Shown: positions 1 to 9,800 of the stretch, in pieces
Numbering within the stretch: the stretch's first letter is position 1
Layout of the letters: every line of letters starts with the position of its first letter
Assembly (NCBI GenBank): GCA_016936655.1
Contig: JAFGXL010000027.1
Location: forward strand, 672-64,671
DNA from: Nitrospirota bacterium
GTDB taxonomy: Bacteria; Nitrospirota; Thermodesulfovibrionia; Thermodesulfovibrionales; Dissulfurispiraceae
DNA: 64,000 nt
Direction of reading: 5' to 3'
The notes under the pieces: model-generated
Database searches by the model: none
The model's input: only the letters and a program-made list of their open reading frames with translations
What the model was told of the DNA's origin: nothing
Translations under genes and position numbers: made by a program

Positions 1-521
1 TTGCAAAAGATTATTTTATTCTTGTTGAGTATGGCGTACAGTCAATACATGACAAGTCACTTGAATATATCAACAGAGGACATGACTACAAGGCATTTCT
101 TCACGCCCTAGATATAACAGTAGGCAGGGGCATACATATCGGGGCACACATAATAGTCGGCTTTCCTACAGAAACAAAAGAAGAGACTCTGATGATGGCT
201 GATGCGATCTCTGATCTGCCTGTGGAGTTTCTGAAAATACATCAGCTGCAGGTTATAAAAGATACTCCACTGGGAGATACGTATGTCAAAAAACCGTTCC
301 ATACATTTGAGTATGGCGAGTATCTCGATTTTTTGATAGACTTTATCCAAAGGCTTTCGCCTGACATTGTGCTGCAAAGGCTTTTTGCCACAGCGCCTGA
401 TGACATTTTGCTGGCTCCGCGATGGGACAGGAACAAGCATCAGATAATTGTTGATATCGAAAAGAGGATGAAAGAGAGAGATGCTTGCCAAGGCGCTAAG
501 CGCGTGTGTCACAGGAGTTGA
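1..521 (+). CDS. radical SAM protein, TIGR01212/YhcC-like family, C-terminal part (5' end outside window)
   Basis: Frame 3 is open from the window edge (first full codon at nt 3) to the stop at 519-521. The translation ...GRGIHIGAHIIVGFPTETKEETLMMADAISDLPVEFLKIHQLQVIKDTPL...APRWDRNKH resembles the C-terminal half of YhcC-type radical SAM proteins as I remember them. Track ORF 192..521 is only the Met-initiated tail. Confidence 0.65.
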   Translation, partial: AKDYFILVEYGVQSIHDKSLEYINRGHDYKAFLHALDITVGRGIHIGAHIIVGFPTETKEETLMMADAISDLPVEFLKIHQLQVIKDTPLGDTYVKKPFHTFEYGEYLDFLIDFIQRLSPDIVLQRLFATAPDDILLAPRWDRNKHQIIVDIEKRMKERDACQGAKRVCHRS

Positions 522-2016
522 TGCCAGCGTAGTTGAAGTTGAGGTTGACATATCCTCAAAAGGTCTGCCGCACTTCTCGATGGTAGGCCTGCCTGATGCT
601 GCCGTAAAAGAGAGTAAAGACAGGATAAAGGCTGCTCTAAAAAATATTGGGTTCAACTTTCCTCTTAAACAGATCACAGTAAATCTCGCGCCAGCTGACC
701 TCAAAAAAGAGGGATCATCATTTGACCTGCCGATCGCGGTCGGCATCGTGGCTGCTGAAGAGGTTATACAGAAAAACAATCTTGCTGATTTCATAATCGC
801 GGGCGAACTCTCGCTCGACGGCAGGATCAAGCCTGTAAGAGGCGCTCTGCCTATGGCGCTTGAAGCAAAGAGGCTTGGACTGAGGGGCGTTATTATGCCC
901 ATGGAAAATATTTCTGAAGCTGCTGTTGTTGACAGCATAGAGGTTTACGGGATGGAGAGCCTGCCTGAGGTGATCGAGTTCCTTGGCGGCATCAAACAGC
1001 GCGAGCCTCACAGGGTGGATATAGAAACTCTGATGAACAGCAGCTCGGTTTATGAAGACGACTTCTCTGATATAAAGGGCCAGGAGCACGCAAAGAGGGC
1101 TATGGAGGTTGCTGCCGCTGGTTCGCATAACATACTGATGGTCGGACCTCCGGGCAGCGGAAAGACAATGCTCGCTAAGCGGCTGCCGACTATACTTCCG
1201 CCAATGATATTTGATGAAGCATTAGAGACAACAAAAATACATAGCGTAGCCGGTCTGCTCGACAGCTCACAGCCGCTGCTCGCTGTCAGGCCGTTTCGTT
1301 CTCCACATCACACCATATCTGATGTCGCGCTGATAGGCGGAGGCCAATTCCCAAAGCCTGGCGAGGTCTCGCTTGCGCACCACGGCATACTCTTTTTGGA
1401 TGAGCTGCCGGAGTTCAAAAGAAATGTGCTTGAGGTGTTGCGCCAGCCGCTCGAAAATGGCAGTGTCACAGTATCAAGGGCTGTTGCATCAGCAACATAT
1501 CCGGCACAATTTGTCCTTGTGTCAGCAATGAATCCCTGCCCGTGCGGTTACCTGGGCGACAGCCGTCATCAATGCACATGCACACCCGCAATGATCAACC
1601 GCTATCGCTCCAGGGTCTCTGGTCCGCTTATGGACAGGATAGACCTGCATATAGAGGTGCCTGCTGTGCCGTATAAAGAACTTTCAACAGACAGCGCAGG
1701 AGAAAAATCATCATCCATACGCATGCGCGTGGGAGTTGCTAGGCAGAGGCAGCTTATGAGGTTTAGAGATGAGAAGATATTTGCGAACGGTCAGATGAAG
1801 ACCCGGCACATAAAAAAGTTCTGCAAGCTTACAGATGATGCGCACGGACTGCTTGATAATGCAATGCACAAGTTCGGCCTGAGCGCCAGGGCGTATTCCC
1901 GCATATTGAAAGTCTCAAGAACAATAGCAGACCTTGAGGCATCAGACATGATCCATTCATCTCACATTGCTGAGGCGATTCAATACAGAACACTCGACAG
2001 AGGACAACAGGAATAG
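481..2016 (+). CDS. comM: YifB/ComM-family Mg-chelatase-like AAA+ ATPase
   Basis: 511 aa. Family-typical N-terminus MLAKALSACVTGVDASVVEVEVDIS, Walker A GPPGSGKT, Walker B-like HHGILFLDELPEF, and Cys cluster CPCGYLGDSRHQCTC. Overlaps the upstream gene by 41 nt. Confidence 0.9.
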   Translation: MLAKALSACVTGVDASVVEVEVDISSKGLPHFSMVGLPDAAVKESKDRIKAALKNIGFNFPLKQITVNLAPADLKKEGSSFDLPIAVGIVAAEEVIQKNNLADFIIAGELSLDGRIKPVRGALPMALEAKRLGLRGVIMPMENISEAAVVDSIEVYGMESLPEVIEFLGGIKQREPHRVDIETLMNSSSVYEDDFSDIKGQEHAKRAMEVAAAGSHNILMVGPPGSGKTMLAKRLPTILPPMIFDEALETTKIHSVAGLLDSSQPLLAVRPFRSPHHTISDVALIGGGQFPKPGEVSLAHHGILFLDELPEFKRNVLEVLRQPLENGSVTVSRAVASATYPAQFVLVSAMNPCPCGYLGDSRHQCTCTPAMINRYRSRVSGPLMDRIDLHIEVPAVPYKELSTDSAGEKSSSIRMRVGVARQRQLMRFRDEKIFANGQMKTRHIKKFCKLTDDAHGLLDNAMHKFGLSARAYSRILKVSRTIADLEASDMIHSSHIAEAIQYRTLDRGQQE

Positions 2017-2114
2017 TCGCGCTTTGCAGCAACCTTTCACGAGTCCCAGGGTTATATTGAATAATACCAATAAATATTATAAAATAATATTAAAGTTGAT
2101 TTTGGGGGGTGGTT

Positions 2115-2357
2115 ATGAAAAAAAACACAAGCGTGACACTTGGCGATCATTTCGATAATTTCATTGCAGAGCAGGTGGCGCAGGGATATTTCGGATCTGC
2201 GAGCGAGGCCATAAGAGCAGGTTTGAGGCTGCTTGAGGAACGCGAAATTAAACGCTCCTTATTAAGACGCGCTCTTATAGAAGGCGAAGAAAGCGGCGTT
2301 GCTAATTATGATCTTAAGAAGGTGATTTCTGAGCTTGATGGAGAAGGCCGCAACTGA
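2115..2357 (+). CDS. parD: type II antitoxin, ParD (COG3609-like, ribbon-helix-helix)
   Basis: ATG 2115 is preceded by GGGGGGTGG. N-terminal TSVTLGDHFDNFI plus GSASEAIRAGLRLLEE are typical of ParD antitoxins. The stop TGA 2355-2357 overlaps the parE ATG by 1 nt. Confidence 0.8.
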   Translation: MKKNTSVTLGDHFDNFIAEQVAQGYFGSASEAIRAGLRLLEEREIKRSLLRRALIEGEESGVANYDLKKVISELDGEGRN

Positions 2358-2656
2358 TGCCTCGATTTATTGTTTCGAATAAGGCTCTGGCTGATCTGAA
2401 GGAGATCGGCAGATACACGCAGGAGCATTGGGGCCGTGAACAGCGCAATATCTATCTAACAATGATTGACGAATGTTTTTGTCAATTAGCTGCAAATCCT
2501 GACAAGGGAAAAGATTGCAGCCATATTCGGAGCAGCTATCGCAAATATATAACCGGCAGCCATGTTATTTATTATCGCAAAACAATCGACAATACCGTAG
2601 AAATTATCCGTGTGCTGCATGGCCGAATGGATGTGGAAAAACGGCTGTCAGGATAG
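2357..2656 (+). CDS. parE: type II toxin, ParE/RelE superfamily
   Basis: 99 aa. The C-terminal ...HVIYYRKTIDNTVEIIRVLHGRMD motif is typical of ParE. Translationally coupled to parD. Confidence 0.8.
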   Translation: MPRFIVSNKALADLKEIGRYTQEHWGREQRNIYLTMIDECFCQLAANPDKGKDCSHIRSSYRKYITGSHVIYYRKTIDNTVEIIRVLHGRMDVEKRLSG

Positions 2657-2793
2657 TAAAGTTGTAATCCATGTCTGTTATTCATGCTCGGGCATCAGGC
2701 AGCTATTTTTGGTAAATTGCAGCGTCAAAAGAGGCCTAAGATCATGGTATATGTCGAAAGAGACTGACAGTAAGAATTTAAAGGAGGCTTTTG

Positions 2794-3486
2794 ATGGTGA
2801 TTCCGCATCGCAAATTCCTGTTGATTCTCGCCCTGCTTTTTGCCGCATTCTGGACAGCTCTCGCAATTAATCCACACTACCGCGCTGACTGGCTGATGGA
2901 GAATGTGCTTGTTTTTGGATTTGTTATTTTTATCGCCTTTTTTCACAACAAACTTCTATTGTCACGCGTCTCTTACACGCTGATATTTGTATTTATGTGT
3001 CTGCATGAAGTCGGCGCCCACTACACTTATGCTGAAGTTCCTTATGAGCAGTGGTTTCAGGAGCTCTTTGGCATATCAGTTCAAAATATTATGGGATGGG
3101 AGCGCAACAACTTTGACCGTGTTATCCATTTCAGCTACGGCCTTCTGCTGGCGTATCCTGTGCGTGAGATATACCTGCGTGTCGCAAATGCAAAAGGCTT
3201 TTGGGGATATTTCCTTCCTCTGGACTTCACCATGTCAACATCAATGATCTTTGAGCTGTTTGAATGGGCTGCTGCTGTAGTGTTCGGCGGCGAGCTTGGC
3301 GCTGCATATCTCGGTTCTCAGGGCGATGTCTGGGATGCTCACAAGGACATGGCGCTCGCGAGTCTGGGCGCGCTTATCGCAATGACTATTACTGCTGCGG
3401 TTAATATGCATCTTCAGCGTGATTTTGCTCGAGAGTGGTCACAGAGCCTAAAGGTCAAAAATCCCAAACCCCTTGGCGAGGATTAG
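2794..3486 (+). CDS. DUF2238 (YjdF-like) inner-membrane protein
   Basis: Polytopic membrane protein with the HEVGAHYTYAEVPY motif that I associate with DUF2238. ATG 2794 lies 6 nt after GGAGG 2783-2787 (the track start 2791 is TTG). Confidence 0.7.
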   Translation: MVIPHRKFLLILALLFAAFWTALAINPHYRADWLMENVLVFGFVIFIAFFHNKLLLSRVSYTLIFVFMCLHEVGAHYTYAEVPYEQWFQELFGISVQNIMGWERNNFDRVIHFSYGLLLAYPVREIYLRVANAKGFWGYFLPLDFTMSTSMIFELFEWAAAVVFGGELGAAYLGSQGDVWDAHKDMALASLGALIAMTITAAVNMHLQRDFAREWSQSLKVKNPKPLGED

Positions 3487-3658
3487 ATCAAACGGATGAT
3501 TGTTAAAAAGGATTTATAGCTGTCGGCTATTCCTTTTTAAAGCGCTCTCTATTTTCTGTTGCCCCCAAGGATAAAAAGAAGGGATATCTCTATGTATGCG
3601 GAATGCTCTACTATTCCCGGCATTGGAGGCATCTATTTTTTATGCCTGATGCTCCTCC

Positions 3659-3775
3659 TTATTTCAGCAGGCTTTTTGGTTGTTTATCCTGCTTGGTTTT
3701 TAATTCTTTGGTCTGTTTGATAGACTTTTGTTTCTGGTTTTTTTCTTTGTCTTTTTTGCCGCCCTTGTCTCCCAT
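3659..3775 (-). CDS. small lysine-rich protein (38 aa), not in the ORF track
   Basis: Minus strand: GGAGG (3787-3783), 7-nt spacer, ATG (3775-3773), MGDKGGKKDKEKNQKQKSIKQTKELKTKQDKQPKSLLK, TAA (3661-3659). Lies 33 nt downstream of the cgs stop on the same strand. Confidence 0.4.
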   Translation of the reverse strand: MGDKGGKKDKEKNQKQKSIKQTKELKTKQDKQPKSLLK

Positions 3776-3808
3776 TAGATACCTCCTTTGTTGGTGTTGC
3801 CGGATATG

Positions 3809-6800
3809 TTATATTGTACTCTTTGTAGAACCTGAGTTTCTTGTTATTTTTACTTCAACCACATGTTCCTTATGGTCGTCAACAAGGGGGATTGCCTTAT
3901 CAGGCTGCTCAATGCCGTCAACGGTAACGCTATCAGTACTGCTGCTGACTGTTTGCACTACACTGATATGGTAGACTGTTTCCCTGTAGCGATAGTGAAC
4001 TTTAAACCCATCCCAATCCTCAGGCAGGCAAGGCTCAAAACGCAGCTTGTCTGCTTCAAGTTTAAGGCCGAGAAGTGATTCAAGGATAAGGCGGTACATC
4101 CAGCCGGCTGATCCTGTGTACCATGTCCAGCCGCCGCGTCCAGTGTGCGGAGAGACTGCGTACACATCAGCAGCCATAACATACGGCTCAACCTTGTAGG
4201 TTAAGATATTTTCCAGGGAGGCCGTATGATTTACCGGGTTGATCATTGCCAGCAGCTCCCAGGCGCGGCGGTTGTCGCCCATCTGAGCAAAAGCCATTGC
4301 TGCCCAGATAGCGCTATGCGTATATTGCCCTCCATTTTCCCTTACGCCTGGAACATATCCTTTTATATAGCCTGGGTTCAGATCTGATTTGTCAAAAGGC
4401 GGGTCAAGAAGCTGGATTAATTGATGGTCCCGCCTGACAAGAAACCTGTCCAGTGATTCCATTGCTGTTTTAGAACGTACGGCATCACCGGCGCCGGATA
4501 AAACAGACCAGCTCTGCGCTATTGAGTCGATCCTGCATTCGGAATTTAGAGCTGAACCCAGGGGAGTGCCATCGTCAAAGTAGGCGCGGCGGTACCAGTG
4601 ACCATCCCAACCGGTTTCTTCAATATCCAGTTGCAGTTGAGCAGCTTCTTCCCGGCATCGTTCTACAAAGGAAAGATCACCGCGCTGGCGCGCAATTTCA
4701 CTGAACTGAATGAGCACTTTATAAAGAAAGAATCCCAACCAAACACTTTCGCCTTTGCCCTGAGAACCCACCATATTCATCCCATCATTCCAGTCGCCTG
4801 AACCTATTAGCGGCAAACCATGTTCTCCGCGGCTGAGGCCATTAAGTATGGAACGCACACAGTGATCGTATAAACTCGCGGTTTCTTCTGCTGCATGGGG
4901 CAGATCATAATACGAGTCTTCGTCTTTGTTTACAGGACGACCCTCAATGAAGTGAATAGTTTCATCCAGCACGCCCGTGTCGCCGGTGCTCGCAATGTAA
5001 CGGCATGCTGCCAACGGCAGCCAGAGAAAATCGTCTGAACAATGTGTGCGTACGCCCCTGCCTGATGGCGGATGCCACCAATGCTGAACATCTCCTTCTT
5101 TAAACTGATGTGCTGCGCATAGGAGGAGGTGTTCGCGCATAAGGCGCGGCTCAGAGTGAATGAGCGCCATCACATCCTGCAGCTGATCTCGGAAACCAAA
5201 AGCGCCTCCTGACTGGTAGTATCCGCTTCTGGCCCAAATACGGCACGCGAGAGTCTGATACAGGAGCCATCCGTTGGCCAGGACATTTACGGATTGATCC
5301 GGGGTTTCAATCTGCACTGCGCCGAGAGTATGGTTCCAGTACAGCCAGACTGCTTCGAGAGCTTTTCGAGCTGCCGCTGATCCTCTGAATCGGCGCACCA
5401 GGCTGCTGGCATCATCGGCATCCTGCCCTATGCCAAGCATAAAGATAATCTCACGCTCCTGCCTGTCTGCCAAGTCAAAGGCAACCTGCATAGCAGCGCA
5501 TGGATCTAGCCCAGTCCCTGTCTTGCCGGAAAGCCGCGCCCTGGTCATGGCTGCTGGATTCTGGATCGTGCCGTTACGGCCAAGGAACTCGGTCCGGTCG
5601 CCGCTTAATGTTCTGGTTGCATCATCAACCGCAAAAAAGGCGGTCTTGTCAGTAAACTCAGTGTTGTATGGATTCCGCCCGAAAAGTGCGCCGGTTTTAT
5701 GGTCAATCTCTGTGCTGATGTGCATTGCTGTTTTGGGTCTGAGATCTCCAAGCACCCATTCTGCGTATCCGGTGACAGAAAGGCGGCGAGACCTGCCTGA
5801 CTCGTTGCGTATCTTTAAGACTGTGAACTTGACTGATGCATCCATTGCAACATAAACCCACATCTCTGATCTAATGCCATCCTCTGTATGTTCAAAAACA
5901 CTATAGCCGAGTCCGTGCCGGCTGACATAAGGCGCATTGCCGCAGCTTGGCAGGGGCGAGGGTGACCAAAAGAGTCCGCTCTCTTCGTCGCGCAGATAAA
6001 AGGCCTCTCCGCCGGAATCGCTTACAGGATCGTTGTGCCAGGGAGTGAGGCGAAACTCATGGGCATTGCCGCTCCAGGTGTAGGAAATGCCGCTTTCTGA
6101 GATTATGGTCCCAAAGTTCGGGTTTGCCAGTACATTGACCCAAGGTGATGGAGTCATGTTCTCTTTTGTGGTTGTAATTATGTATTCGCGTCCATCATGG
6201 CTGAACCCTCCCAGTTCATTAAAAAAGATCAGATCGCGGTCAGGCATAGCTGCATGCGAAACGGATTCAGGCCGTATGGTCCGGGTAGGTTTAAGACGCG
6301 GCACTGGCAGCGGTGCAATACTTCTACGACTGACCTGGTCAACAAGAGGCCCAAGGCTGTCAGTAATCACAGCTCGCGCGACTGTTTGGAGAAGTATGCG
6401 GTCTTCGTTTGAAATCTGCTCAAAGAGTCTGACAAAAATTCCGCCTGGCTGCTCTGTTTCGCTGAATTCAACTCCGGCTGCAATGAGCCCTATAATTTGA
6501 TCCTGAAGTAGTTGCCGGTATCCGGCGTGATTTTCATTCCAGATCACCAGATCCACTGCCAGCCCTTTTAAACGCCAATATGCATGAGCCTGAACGAGTT
6601 GGCGCACCAGATCTATATTGGCCGGATCCTCAATCCGCAGAAGCACGATCGGCAGATCTCCTGAAATGGCATATCCCCACAGGCCTGATTGTCCGCGACT
6701 GTTTTTTCTGAGAATACCATTGTCAGCGCGCAGCAAGGAATTGGCGTAAACAACAGAGCCGGCAAGGCGTCCGTATAGTTGAGCGTCTGACTCAGTAACA

Positions 6801-9800
6801 TTGAGCTGCTGTAAAACCACCTGGCTGTGTGTCCATGCCAGATCAAAGACGCGGTTGGTAAAACGCTGTTCCTGGTATTTTTCGATGAGCCCCATACATA
6901 TGTCGCGTGTTTCACCAAGGCCGGAAACCATATCTATTGTTGCGGATGCTTCCGGCTCAAGCGTGATCCTGTACCTGATTGCTACAATAGGATCCAGCAC
7001 TGACCCCTCGCTTTCAGAGAGGGTTGATTGTCCGCTCATCGCCTTTGGATTGGAAGCCGTCCTTCCACGGCCTATGAACTCCATGCGGTCAGTCTCATAG
7101 GAAACTTCTTCGACAGCTGCACCGTGAGCTGTCATCAGGTGAAACATCCATGGTGTTTTTTCTCCAATTGAGCGGGGCCGTCGGGTGCAGAGCACTGCAT
7201 GCTGTTTTCTGATGATTTCGGTCTGAATAAATAGATTGCCAAAGGCTGGATGCAGGGCGTCTGATGCATCTGGTGCAAGAACAACCTCAGCATAGCTCGT
7301 CACCTCAATCGTCCTGCGTGTCCTGGAGGAATTTGTAATAAGGGTGCGCCTCAGTTCTATATCATCTTCAGGCGAGACAACAATTTCTGTATGCGTGTCA
7401 TAGTCAAAGTCACTGCGGCGAAACTCTGCCCTGCCCTCTGAAAAGATCGCCTCGTATGTGTCAGACAGTTTAAGAGCAGGCTGATACGCGGTTGACCAGA
7501 ACTGTCCGCTTGCAACATCGCGGAGGTAACAGAACATGCCCCAGTTGTCGCATGTAGTATCTTCGCGCCAGCGTGTTACTGAGATGTCTTTCCATCGGCT
7601 GTACCCTCCTCCGGCGTTTGTGATCATAACATGGTACCTGCCGTTGGACAGCAGCTGTACTTCGGGGGTAGGCGTGTCTGGAGTGTTGAAAACACGCACC
7701 GGCATTTTTGTTGTGCCGAATGCAGCGCGTATGTCTGAGAGCCTGGGAGCCTCCAGATACAAAGCAGTTGCCCTGGGAATCCGTTCATGAAGAAGAAGCA
7801 TAGTCGCCTGAAACAATGGATCTGACTCAAATCTTTTCTGCATCGGCCGGTTCAGGAGCAGATGGGCCAGTGATAAAAGGCTCATGCCCTGATGGTGCGC
7901 CATGAATGAGCGGACCGCTGTTCTTTTTTGCTTGCGTCGTTGGCGTGAAGGTGTATAGTCAATCGCTTCATAAAAACCATATCTGGCCTCAAAACCTTCA
8001 GAGCTGAGCTGCTGCAAGTTGGAACATGCTGCCTCAGGCGATATTATCAGCGCAAGAGCTGACGCATAAGGGGCAATTACCAGATCGTCTGCAAGACCGC
8101 GTTTGAGTCCCAGTCCAGGAACACCAAAAGCTCTGTACTGGTAGTTAAGATGTGCATCAACCGTGTTGTAGGCTGATTCAGATATGCCCCATGGCACGCT
8201 GCGCTGTTTCCCATACTCGATCTGCCTGTTAACCGCTGCCTTATAGGTTTGGTCAAGCAAGGTGTGTTCGAATGTAGGCATTACCAGAAGCGGCATCAGA
8301 TATTCGAACATCGAACCGCTCCACGAAAGAAGAACAGGCTCTCCTCCAGAGGTAGTGAGAAGGCGTCCAAGACTGAACCAGCTTTCCTGCGGTAGCTGTC
8401 CCTGCGCAATTGCCACGAAACAGCATAGTCTTGCTTCAGATGCCAGAAGATCGTAAAAACCAGGATCCTTCCTGCGGGCAGCAACATTGTACCCGATGGA
8501 TAGCAGCCGTTGTGCAGGGTCGAATAAAAAATCGTATTCCATGAACGCGAGATTATTTGACTGCAGCGCAAGGAGTTCGATGGCAGCAATTCTCTCGCTT
8601 GCTTGCGGGTTGCCCAGCTCAGCAAGTTCGCGCAAAGTTGGAATGTTGTCTATACTGTTGAGTATCGATGGGGCGATAAAAATCAGATCATCAAGAACCG
8701 CATGACATTGGCTGGCAAAGGCTCGCGCCCACCAGTTGGCTTCATTATCCGGTTCAGCATCCAGTGCCTCCAGTCCGGCAATTACTTCAGCAGCAAATGC
8801 AGCCAGCTGATCCATGCAAAGCCTTACAGCAGGAATCGTCTCCGGAGGGTTGGTGCATTCAGCCTCGAGACACTTTTTAAGCTTGTTAATTGATGAGTAA
8901 GCGCTGCTTTCCGCTGGAATTTGTTCCGCTGATTTTGTCAGGATCCTCAATGTGTCGTTGAGTCCGTCAAATAACTGTGCTCCGAAGATCTTTTGATCTG
9001 GTATCGCATGCAGTCCAGCCCGTAAAGTCAACAAGTGTGCAGCGAGATTGCCGCTGTCTACTGTAGAAATATATGCAGGAATCAGTGGTTTTAAAGACAG
9101 GGTATCGTACCAGTTATAAAAATGACCGTGGTGCCGATCCATGGACTCCATGGTGTTGAGTGCGTTTTTTGACCGTTCGATTAGTTGTCCGGCTGGAATA
9201 TAACCGAAGTCGTATGCTGACAAATTCGCGAGCAGCGAAACCCCCATGTTGGTGGGTGATGTGCGATGAGCAACAGATGCAACCCGATACTCCTGATAAT
9301 TGTCTGGCGGAAGCCAATGATCTGCAGGTCCGACAAAGGTCTCAAAAAATGCCCAGGTTTTTCTTGAAATCTGTCGTAAAAAGAGGACCTGCTTGACTGT
9401 AAGTTCTGCTCTGCGCTGGATGATTGGCCGGCTTATCAACCAAGCGATAAAAGGTGAAACAAACCACAGGAGGAGTAAAGGAGCGGCTGCTACTGTGGCT
9501 GCCGGATTATAAAGCAACAGATAGATTAATGCTGATGCAGAAATAACAGGGCTGATCCACATCATCCGGCAGTAGGCAGCGAGCCCCTCTTGGCTATTAT
9601 TGCTGCTGTGGTCTGTGCTGCTTGACGGGCTCCATTCCAAAAGCCTTCTGCGTATCAGCATACGCCATGCAGTACGCAAAACAGCATCCAGACTAAAAAA
9701 AGCTTCGAACGGCAGACACATGAGCGTGAATAGTGCCTGGCTGAAACGCCTGCGTGCAGAGCTGGCTGCAGTGGCAAGGTGTTGTCCCAGAAGCGCATTA

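Noticed and set aside
108-938. 276-aa minus-strand ORF spanning the radical SAM/comM junction
   Set aside because: It is antisense to two well-supported plus-strand genes, has no SD, and has a low-complexity Ser/Ala/Leu-rich composition typical of shadow ORFs.
3603-3974. 123-aa plus-strand ORF in the DUF2238/cgs intergenic region
   Set aside because: It is a Cys/Phe/Leu-rich translation of a T-rich strand. It overlaps the 3' end of cgs and is the complement of the better-supported lysine-rich micro-ORF, which has a strong SD.
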